Shown here piece by piece: positions 11,075-22,507 of a stretch of DNA of 64,000 nt. How positions within the stretch are numbered: the stretch's first letter is position 1; each line of letters starts with the position of its first letter. The stretch comes from Lingula anatina (lineage: Eukaryota > Animalia > Brachiopoda): assembly GCA_051362555.1 (NCBI GenBank), contig CM120643.1:27036848-27100847 (forward strand), in the 5' to 3' direction. Position numbers and translations under genes: made by a program. The notes beneath the pieces were generated by a model. It was given only the letters and a program-made list of their open reading frames with translations, was not told the DNA's origin and searched no databases.

Positions 11075-14000
11075 GTTTCTGAATATGAAATCACTGTGCA
11101 GTCGCAGCACAGAACTGACGTAGATCAGTGCTTGCTGGCCATTTATACATCTCACACCGTTCTTGGAAGAGACTAGTTACTGTCGCTGAGCAAGAAATCA
11201 CCAAAATACGTCGGCGGCCTTGCATGCATTAAGAGCTGGTGAACAAAAACACTAAGAGTCATGGTAGGACACACCACTGTAACAGTCACGTTTATTGAGA
11301 TGATTAGTTTCTAATTTGCAGTGCTCCACGTCAACAAGTTTTCAAGAGTTGAAGATTACTGCCATCTTGTTGATCACCCAGTGTGTTTTTAACGAATGGG
11401 AGAATTCCAGTAGCGATAAATTGGAACGCATCTCATCAGCCTACATAGGTCGTTGACATGGTTGCCAGTTGGTCGCTATAACTTTACTAAAACAAGGCGG
11501 TCAGTTGGTACATTTTTGGTTACCGCATATTTTTCACCTTGTAATATTTTCATAAGTAAATGTACAATTTATACCCTACCATCATACCCAGCATCTTATA
11601 CAAAATATCTCAGAAACCTCGATGCAAACCAATTGGGAAGCATTGCAGGCTAAAACAACCTAAAACTTCAATCATTAAAAATCTTTTTGACTTCTAGAAA
11701 AATGCATAAACTGTGCCTGAAAGACTGATGCAAACGACCCCAAATTATGTGTTTTCTAAAAGGCTGCAAGTTGATGATCATCTTGAGTCTGAATACGAAA
11801 TCACTGTGCAGTCGCAGCACAGGACTGGTCATTCATACTTCTCACACAGTTCTTGGAAGAGACAAATTTACTGCCGCTGAGCAAGAAATTACCAAAATAC
11901 GTCGGCGGTCTTGCATGCATTGAGAGCTGGTGAACAAAAACACTAAGAGTCATGGTAGGACACACCACTGTAGCAATCACGTTTATTGGGATGATTAGTT
12001 TCTAATTTGCAGTGCTCCACGTCAACAAGTTTTCAAGAGTTGAAGATTACTGTCATCTTGTTGATCACCCAGTGTGTTTTTAACGAATGGGAGAATTCCA
12101 GTAGCGATAAATTGGAACGCAACTCTTCAGCCTACATATGTTTTTGATCAGACACGCACCGTAAAACAAACACATTCTCGAATGAACCCAGATCTGTCCG
12201 TTTATGACCTCTACACAAACCAGTGGAACAAAAATGGTAGTACATTGTACAAGGAATGTAACTCCAGGGTCCGATGCGATCGGTGTAGGTTCGGGGTAAA
12301 CGGAAGGTACATGTAGTGGGGCTTTACATGGGGCACAAAAAAATATGACTTTTTGCACCACGATTGTGATGATATCTGTAATATTACAGTCCAAAATCGT
12401 ACAAAGCGGAAGCCGGCCCTGGCAACGCATGCACAACAGCAAAGATTTGTGTCATCTATTAGCAAGAGAATAAGTGAAATTAATTTGTGGTCTTGGGAGA
12501 GGGATGCTTTTCTAAAAGAACTAACGTCCTAAGGCACACGTTACTGGGATTTGATGCCCGTGGGACAAAACTTCCCCAAGGTATTCGAGCCCTTCAGGAA
12601 TACTGTTCCTACTGCCTCAGTGGAAATGTGTTACAACCTTTTGGCAAATTCAAGCAATTTCAGACATAAATTCGTTACCAAAGGTCGTATGAGGCTGCTA
12701 GCAGATGCCCTGCATTCGCTGACACATTTGGGACATATTTTTGGTTACCGATAGGAGCGACTGAAAATGAAAAATATCAGGATCCCAAAGAGAGGCTATG
12801 GGTTCCATCATGGTTGCCAGTTGGTCGCTATAACCTTACTAAAACAAGGCGGTCAGTTGGTACATTTTTGGTTACCGCATATTTTTCACATTGAAATATT
12901 TTCATAAGAAAATGTATAAACCCTACCACCTTATCCTAAATATCTCAGAAACCTCTTTGCAAACCATTTGGGAAGCATTGCAGGCTAACACAACCTAAAA
13001 CTTCAATAATTTAAAATATTTTTGGCTTCAAGAAAAATGCATAAACTGTGCCCGAAAGACTGATGCAATCGACCCCAAATTATGTGTTTCCTCAAAGGTT
13101 GCAAGTTGATGATCATCTTTGTTTTGAATACGAAATCACTGTGCAGTCGCAGCACAGGACTGGTCATTTATACATCTCACACCGTTCTTGGAAGAGACAA
13201 ATTTACTGCCGCTGAGAAAAAATACGTTGGCGGCCTTGCATGCATTGAGAGCTGGTGAACAAGAACACAAAGAGTCAAGGTAGGACATGCCGCTGTAACA
13301 GTCACGATTATTGGGATAATTAGTTTGTTATTTCGAATATTCCACGTTAACAAGTTTTTATGTGTAGTAGCGAGGAATTAAAACGCAACTCCCCAGATGA
13401 GCCTACATATGTCGATGATCATACACGCAGCAAAAAAACAAACATATTCTAGAATGAGCCCAGATCTGTCCGTTTACGACCTGTACACAAAACGATGGAA
13501 CAAAAATGGTAGTGTAAGAAATGCAACTTGAGGGTCCGATGGGATCGGTGAAGGCTAGGGGAACACGGAAGGTATTGGGGTCTTTTCGTAGGACACAAAA
13601 ACTTTTGACTTTCTACTTTTTGCACCACGCTTGTGATGATATCTTAAACATTACAGTCCAAAATCGTACAAAACGGATGCCGGCCCTTGAAAAGCATGAA
13701 AAAAATCAAAGATTTGTGTCATCAATTAGCAAGAGCATAAGTGAGATTAATTTGTTGTCTTGGTAGAGGGACGCGTTTCCATAAAAACTGACGTCCTGGG
13801 GAATGCGTTACTGGGATTTGATGACCGTGGGACAAAACTCGACCAAACTATTCGAGCCCTTCAGGAGTACTGTTCCTACAGCCTCGGTGGCAATGTGCTA
13901 ACAACCTTTTGGCAAATTCAACCCACTTCAGACACAAATTCGTTACCAAAGGTCGTATGAGGCCGCTAGCAGGTAGTCGGGATTCGCTGACACATTGGGG

Positions 14001-14910
14001 ACATATTTTTGTGCATCGACGGGAGCGACTGAAAATGAAAAAATATCAGAATCCCAGAGAGGGGCTATGGGTTCCATCATGGTTGACAGTTAGTCGATAT
14101 AAACTTACAAAAACCAGGCTGACAGTTGGTACATTTTTGGTTAACGCATATTTTTCACCTTGAAATAATTTCATGTGTAAATCTATCATTTATACCCTAC
14201 CATCTTATCCTTAATTTCCGGGAAACATCGATGCAAATCATTTGGCAAGCATTGCGGGCTAAAACAACCTAAAACTTATATCATTTTAATTTTCAGTTAT
14301 CTTTTTGGCTTCAAGAAAAATGCACGATTTATGCCTGAAACATTGATTCAAACGACCCCAGATTTTGTGTTTCCTAAACGGCTGCAAGTTGATGATCATC
14401 TTGGTTCTGAATACAAAATCACTGTGCAGTCGTAGCACAGAACTGGTCAATTATATATCTCACACAGTCTTTGGGTGAAGAGGCTAATTTACTGCCGCTG
14501 AGCAGGAAATTACCAAAACACGCCGGCGGCTTTGCATGCATTGAGAGCTGGTGAACAAGAACACCAAGAGTCATGGTAGGACATGCTGCTGTAACAGTCA
14601 CGTTAATTTGGATAATTAGTTTGTTATTTCGAGTACTCCACGTCAACAAGTTTTCAAGAATTTAACATTACTGCTATCTTGTTGATCACCCAGTGTGCTT
14701 TTAACGTATCCAGCAGCGCTAGATTGGATCGCAATTTTTCAGCCTACATATGTCGTTGATTATACACGCAGCAAAAAACAAACATATTCTGGAATGAACC
14801 CAGATCTGTCAGTTGACAGTACGACCTCTACACAAACCGGTGGAACGAAAAAAGGTAGTGCAAGGAATGCAACTTCAGGGTCCGATGGGATCGGTGCAGG
14901 TTTGGGAATA
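11062..14910. repeat. Tandem array of a ~1.3-kb unit (4 copies; first internally deleted, last truncated)
   Basis: The anchor TGATGATCATC..TGAATA(C/T)GAAATCACTGTGCAGTCG(C/T)AGCACAG recurs at ~11062, ~11772, ~13108 and ~14390. Downstream sequences are collinear between copies. Confidence 0.92.
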
Positions 14911-16369
14911 CATATTCAGTAATGGGATGTCAAGCCGTTGCTGAAATTCTGATGCATTTGTTCTAATGGATTTTTTTCTTGATACGAGAAAAAATAAATA
15001 CTTTGTGCAGCTTTACATTTATCGCTACTCGCACTCCCGCCATGATGTTCACATTACTCTCTTATGAGAACAAAAGAGCGCGTGCTTAACGGAAGCACTA
15101 TTGATGAAAGACTGTCACTGTCGCATCCGTGTGAACGCAGAGAAAATATAAAATATCCCTTCATAGTATTTTGCTTTAATAATTGATCTCTGATGTCGTA
15201 GGGCCTGTGCGGTTACGGTCACACTGGACAAACATCCTAGTAACTGTCTGAGGTTGCAAAAACTGATTTGTTACCTGTTTATATTATTTGTTGATATAAT
15301 TCAGTGGATGAAAACATCACAATAAATAGTAATCATATTTGCTGATTACGTCCTTCTACATTTCTCTGCATCCGTCTTCTTTTTATTGTTCACTACAGAA
15401 CAATTACATGAAGATACATGCACAGCAATGAAACGGGTTTATTTATCGGCGTTTTTACCAATTTGTTTAACAAAACATTAAAAGAAATAAACAAAGCATA
15501 AGAAATTAGTACATCTATTATACTGATTTTATTTAGGCGTGTGCTTTTTTAAAAAAGAATGGAATGTCGATACTTACAGAAAACAAAAACAAACAGTAAA
15601 GGTTTTATTTATCAACCTGTATACCTTTCTGATGGAGAATTTAACATGATTGATTTCTCAGGTGTGTGGGTGATATAGTTTATAGATATAGCTTAGGATT
15701 TAAGTATCAGGTAATCATCAAACCAGGGTATTGCTTTGATGGATCCTGCAATGGAAATAATTTGATCAGTGATATATAATTGTAAAAATAGATCAGTTTA
15801 CTATACGAACCAAAGAAAGTTCGAAATAGGCAACTCTTAGAGGTACAGAGAGTAAGCTGCTTGGAGTTATATATTTGGCACCTTTAAAAGGAAATTTGGA
15901 AATAGAACATACATAAGACACACCACGTGAAAGTTGGGGTTTGGCTATCGTTTGGGCGTGGTAGTCAAAAGGGTATAAAAAGAGACCACTGGCTCTCTTT
16001 TAACACTTACTTACACTTACCTTCTTACTTATTGACTAACTGACTTACTACAGACTTTACATTTAATATGGAATATTTTTTTCCAAATTATTTTTCATCA
16101 GTTTTTTCCTATTTTGCTGACTGATAAATGAAAATAGGGATTAAAATTATGTTTTAATAACTTTTATTTATCTTTTTGATGTCATTGTGACATCAGTTCA
16201 TTAATTAAATTCGCCAGTGAAGCAAACAAAAATGCATTGCCTATTTTAAGTCGTTCGACAACCACTGAAAGCGATATTTTGGATCTCCATATTTTCCAAA
16301 TTATCGTCTTTAAAAGAGTTACACGTCCCACAAAGGACCCCCATGTCAGTGTCTTGCCACAGCAACGGT

Positions 16370-17200
16370 CGCTGTTACACCTGACCTCATCTGGCTGCTA
16401 CAAGAGGTTTCAAGCTGCAAGGCATTCCTTAGGATAGGTTTTTAGAGTTTAATCTGGAAAAATATTCCAGGCAACGGTCAACACTTGTCCAATTTGGTTC
16501 AGAATCGTTGTAGGACATGCAGGCCGTTGATTCGGCGAGTAATAACCTACCTACGTATTGTCTATGTGGTTCAAATATGGCGATTTTGATGACCAATGTA
16601 TCTGCTCAATCTCTTGGTTCTGTAAGTTAACTGCTATTAAAAGTGCTCTGTGTGAACGGGTAATCTCATCGTGCAACCTAAAATTGTTCCTAAGGTGGCC
16701 CCTATCAAATGATAGTCAAATGGTTCCTAGATTATTCCTTTATTTCATCTGGTTTAGGTTTTCATCAATGACTACCATTGGTGTTTTGGCACCAATGTGG
16801 TATCCACTCCACATACTGACGATGCCAATGACCCTAGTCACTTTAGAAGCGGCACACGCCTTGTCGTAGGCCAATTCAGGATGTCTGTATTCGCTAAGAG
16901 CCTTGAAAAACGCGTTTTGGTCACAATTTGCCCCTCATTCTGAACGGACTGGGTGACTTTTGTTTAGTTGCAGCAGCATATCCTGAAGGACAGTGAGTCC
17001 TGTGCCCTGGTGGTAAAATGTCAATACATTGGGCGTGGTCTCTGTGTAGATACATCAGTCTGGGCATAACTCCATAGAACTGTGCAGACCATTCCGTTTG
17101 CCACAATGATCTGTCTTGCAATGTCTGTCTTTTTCGCGCCATTCTGGCACAGATTAACAACTTTGTAAAACATTGTTGAACTTATTTTACGCACTGCAAA
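16370..17200 (-). mobile_element. Decayed Tc1/mariner transposase
   Basis: Minus strand gives HTH-like KVVNLCQNGAKKTDIARQIIVANGMVCTVL, then VSMWSGYHIGAKTPMVVIDENLNQ, NNFRLHDEITRSHRA (for FQDDNARPHRA) and WSSKSPYLNHIDN (for WPAxSPDLNPIEN). It contains stops and an internal deletion. Confidence 0.85.
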
Positions 17201-18632
17201 ACCGACCGCTTGCATGCAAAATTTCAAATTCTTCTATGCAGTAGTTGCCGACATGGCATGGATACTTTTTTGACGGAACCATGCTTTGCCAAAGCCCAGC
17301 TTAGACCAGGCCAAAGGAGCACTACCCAATTCAATCACTGCATATTACACAATGCAGCAGTGCAACAGACTTGGTAGTCAGTTAATTGGTAGCGACACAC
17401 CTGACTTCACACTTCTCCAGTCAGATGTCTTATATGAGATCTGAGTTTTATGAAAAAAGAACGCATTTTTACCTAAGCATACCGTTGAAACTGAAATATT
17501 CCATATTAAATGTCAAGTCTGTATTTACTTATTCGCTACAGTTCTTCGTGGGACTAACGTATTGTCGGCTACAGTGATCTGCAGCTGCTTATTTCGCATA
17601 GCTACTTTCTAGGCAGTTGCTACTAGATTGGAGTGTATTTTCCAATTGTTTCATTCACGAAATAGATACTTTACTGGAAAATCAGTGACTTGTCCTTCCT
17701 TAACTATCACCGGGACAGAGAGACTGATAACGGGAATAGACCCCCACGCACGCATATACAATAAACTCGGTTGATACATCCGTACTTAAGGCTCATATGT
17801 AATTTTGTGGTAGAACTGAGGCAAGGCTGCTATACGTAGTAAGCACTGTTGTGTTAGCATAGTACTGGAATCATGGAGTGAAATAGGAGTGGAAATATTG
17901 GCGATGCAAAGAATAATACTGAAGACTCGGTGCAGCTGGTTGCCAACCTCTGAATCGAAGATATTAGTCATAAAAATTGTAGGCATATGTTACAATTCAA
18001 TAAATAAGCATATATCTGTAACTTTGTACGAAATTAGAACAAGAGTTATTTCAAAGATGATATTTTAGGTTATCGATAACGGTATAATACATGATTTTAA
18101 CGAGATTTTCATTATCTCTGACAATAATATATATTTTAGTTATATCATTTCATAATATCATATCATAATACATTTTTATATCATTTTGGTTCTTCAAAGA
18201 CGAATTGCGCAATGTTCGTTTAGCTCAAAGCAACAACTTTTCTATTAAGTGATTTTAAGATCAAAGTTGATGTTTCACACGGAATGATATTAAAACAGAA
18301 ATCGGGTCGCTTTTCTATTATGTAAACTCACAACAATCAGTTCTAAGAAAGTAAGTAATGGTCTGAATAAGAAACCAAAAATGTGATCAACATTTAATAA
18401 AAAAAAATTTAAAATCATTTCATTCTTTGATATATCCTAAAATAACTGCAATGATTTTGAGGAAAGCAGGTACTTTATAACAGCAATATTACAAAATTTT
18501 CTCATTTGGTATTGATTTATATAACAAAATATGTCTATTTTAACCCAAGATAATAACTAGAAGTAAATCAATTATAACTGTGTCTAGTCATTAAAATGAA
18601 ATAATTCATTACTAAATTTTGCGTGGTTCCGG

Positions 18633-21600
18633 TGTCATGTACCAGAAGGTCCCCCATGACAGAAAGTCCGGGACCCGTTATTTCAGAAACCAGGGGTCCG
18701 TAGGACCCCTGGTTTCTGAAATAACGAGTCCCAGACTCTGTATCATGATAATTGAATATAAAATACAGGGTCCCCCGGACCCTGCATTTAACCGGACCCT
18801 ACGTTTCATGACAGCTATTACGAAACACAGAGTCCGCCCGTCATACAGAAGAACTTTGTCTAAAAGCTAGGGTCCTACTGTAGAATAGTAGATATTTAGT
18901 AAAAGCGCTTTACATTGACAATCTGGGTATAATAGAATTATAAAAAAGCAAACCCTTGATGCAAGTAAATGTAATATAACAAAACGGCGGTGATTTGCAC
19001 AACGACCTGGTGGTGTAGTGGACAGCGACACGGGTGATAAGCCTACTATGGTATCCAATGACAGGGAAGTATGCAGAAATTAAACAATATGTTGGTTCGA
19101 GTCCCACACTAGAGTCACTCTTGTTTTTTAAATCTATAGTTAAATATTTAACTTACTGTCCATTTATAATGTGTCATTCCGCAATAATATGTGTTATACT
19201 CACTTTTGATTACATTCCATACCTTTTTTAATTGGACTTACTTAAAATATTTCACACATATCCCATTGCATTGTGATGCTTTGGACTATATACACGCGTG
19301 ACTTATTTGATTACCACTCGCACATGTGTGCAAGCTAGTGATACACAATTAAATGAATCGATGCTAAACTGTGCAAAACGTTCCTTTTATTTAGACTATA
19401 CGCGTGACTTAGGCTACAATGACATAAATGTGTGACATAAATGTGTGACAGCTAGCGTTATACAGTGCATCAATGCCAAATTGTGCAAAATATGTATTTT
19501 CTGGAAACTGACGAAATTAATTAGTTATTAAATATACATGCTTATGGAGTGTAATTAAAAATGTACTCATTTAATTTTGTTTACCAATTTATATAAAGTT
19601 TTAATTTAAGTTGCATAACCTAAATTAAAATTGAATCAACCCAAAAGGAATGTGTTCCATGTTTCTCAGGGTATAAAATGGCTAGCTCTTCGCGATGTCT
19701 TACTCTGTCAGCATGGATTTTCAAGCAGTGCGACCTTATTTACAACATGGCAGGTACAGAAGACGAACAACCGACAATCAGAAAAGAGCAATAAGGAGAA
19801 GCGCTGCAAACCATTATAAATTAATTATAAGTTTTATACATTAATACTCGTTTAACTTCAAGACTGTTTAATAAAAGCCAAACTTACATGTACATTTAAG
19901 GTACATATTTACATTTCTGTTTTAGCTCGAAAGCTGCTGCTTATATTACAGAGCTGTAAGAAAGATACATGCAGTTGGAGTAGAGAGTGGAAATGAAGAG
20001 AGGAAGAAGGGGAGATGGAGGAAAGTAGTAGAAAGCGAAGATAAGAAAACTGCCTTGTTACAAGAAATGCACGACAAAGAGAAAATGACATTGAGGAGAA
20101 AAAACAATTACAATATTGATTAATAAAATAAACATTTTTGTAAAATCAGGAAGTTCACCAAGGGCACTTATGTATTCTGAATAAATTTATATTTCTTAAG
20201 TGATGTTCTTTCTCAATTGCATACAAAAGATAATCCTGCAAATTAGTTTATGAAATGCGAACAATGCACATTTATACTACGCGTTACACTTTAACAGAGG
20301 TTAAGAATGTTTATTTTACCTTTAATCCTTATAATTCTTCCCTCTGTATCAGTTAACATTATGTTTTAAGTGTGAGATTTCATTATTGCTCTTCAATGCG
20401 GACTTTCAGTATTAAAACGTAGGGTCCTAGGACTTTCCGTACTGAAATAGAGTGTCTAGGGGGACCCTACATTTCAGAACATAGAGTCCGGGACCCGTTA
20501 TTTCGAGACAGGGAGTCCGCCGGACTCTCAGTTTTAAAACACCGGGTCCGCCGGACCCTAGAATGGTAGGACTCTGTGTTGCTTGACACCGGTGAGAATT
20601 ATAAGGATTACAGGTAAAATAAACATTATTACCCTCTGTTAAAGTGTTACGCGTAGTATAAATGTGCATTGTTCGCATTTCATAAACTTTAATTTGCAGG
20701 ATTATCTTTTGTATGCAATTGAGAAAGAACATCACTTAAGAAATATAAATTTATTCAGAATACATAAGTGCCTTTGGTGAACTTCCTGATTTTACAAAAA
20801 AGTTAATTTTATTAATCAGTATAGTAATTGTTTTTTCTCCTCAATGTCATTTTCTCTTTGTCGTGCATTTCTTGTAACAAGGCAGTTTTCTTATCTTCGC
20901 TTTCTACTACTTTCCTCCATCTCCCCTTCTCCCTCTCCTCCATCCCACTCTATACTTCCACTATCTTTCTTACAGCTCTGTAATATAAGCAGCCGCTTTC
21001 AAGCTAAACAGAAATATAAATATGTACCTTAAATGTACATGTAAGTTGCGCTTTTATTAAACAGTCTTGAAGTTAAACGAGTATAAATGTATAAAACTTA
21101 TAATTAATTTATAATGGTTTGCAGCGCTTCTCCTTATTGCTCTTTTCTGATGGTTGGTTGTTCGTCTTCTGTACCTGCCATGTTGTAAATAAAGTCGCAC
21201 TGCTTGAAAATCCATGCTGACAGAGTAAGACATCGCGAAGAGCTAGCCATTTTATACCCTGAGAAACATGGAATACATTCCTTTTGGGTTGATTCCATTT
21301 TAATTTAGCAGGGGCGGATCCAGATATATTTTCTGACAGTCTTCCAAATTATCTTTGTTGATCCATCCACCATTTTTGACCGTCTTCCGACAGAAAAAAT
21401 TAGATACCCCTCAATGTAAACTTAAAAATCTGACCGTCTTCCGGAAGACCCAGAAGACGGCCTAAATCCGCCCCTGTTTAGGGTATGCAACTTAAATTAA
21501 AACTTTATATAAATTGGTAAACAAAATTAAATGAGTACATTTTCAATTACACTCCATAAGCATGTATATTTAATAACTAATTAATTTCGTCAGTTTCCAG

Positions 21601-22491
21601 AAAATACATATTTTGCACAATTTGGCATTGATGCACTGTATAACGCTAGCTGTCACACATTTATGTCACACATTTATGTCATTGTAGCCTAAGTCACGCG
21701 TATAGTCTAAATAAAAGGAACGTTTTGCACAGTTTAGCACCAATTCATTGTGTATCACTAGCTTGCACACATGTGCGAGTGGTAATCAAATAAGTCACAC
21801 GTGTATATAGTCCAAAGCATCACAATGCAATGGGATATGTGTGAAATATTTTAAGTAAGTCCAATTAAAAAAGGTATGGAATGTAATCAAAAGTGAGTAT
21901 AACACATATTATTGCGGAATGACACACTATAAATGGACAGTAAGTTAAATATTTAACTATAGATTTAAAAAACAAGAGTGAAAATAGAGGCGTTAAAATG
22001 TCAACTCTAGTGTGGGACTCGAACCAACACATTGTTTAATTTCTGCATACTTCCCTGACATTGGATACCATAGTAGGCTTATCACCCGTGTCGCTGTCCA
22101 CTACATCACCAGGTCGTTGGGCAAACCACCGCCGTTTTGTTATATTACATTTACTTGCATCAAGGGTTTGCTTTTTTATAATTCTATTATACCCAGATTG
22201 TCAATATAAAACGCTTTTACTGAATATCTACTAATGTATTCTACAGTAGGACCCTAGCTTTTAGACCAAGTTCTTCTGTATGACGGGCGGACTCTGTGTT
22301 TCGTGATAGCTGTCATGAAACGTAGGGTCCGGTTAAATGCAGGGTCCGGGGGACAATGTATATTATATTCAATTATCATGATACAGAGTCCGGGACTCGT
22401 TATTTCAGAAACCAGGGGTCCGTAGGACCCCTGGTTTCTGAAATAACGGGTCCCGGACTTTCTGTCATGGGGGACCTTCTGGTACATGACA
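18633..22491. mobile_element. Non-autonomous Ginger1-type DNA transposon structure forming a ~3.86-kb near-palindrome
   Basis: TGTCA...TGACA termini with CCGG on both flanks (18629-18632, 22492-22495) match the TGTNR termini and CCGG target preference described for Ginger1. Arms 18633-~20338 and ~20595-22491 are near-identical reverse complements. A further TGACA|CCGG end sits at 20584-20592. Confidence 0.88.
21309..21476. mobile_element. hAT-like MITE inserted in the right arm only
   Basis: TIR CAGGGGCGGAT / ATCCGCCCCTG. TTTAG is duplicated (21304-21308, 21477-21481). The left arm at ~19620 shows the empty site. Confidence 0.88.
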
Positions 22492-22507
22492 CCGGGCATC
22501 CTCGCAG

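Noticed and set aside
11075-11155. N-terminal extension of the 520-aa ORF
   Set aside because: Non-ATG start and made of tandem-repeat sequence. The ORF's last 12 codons also lie past a splice donor.
18619-22499. Mirror-image ORF pairs (83/81, 65/65, 60/62 aa)
   Set aside because: A by-product of the inverted repeat. No integrase or other motif is present.
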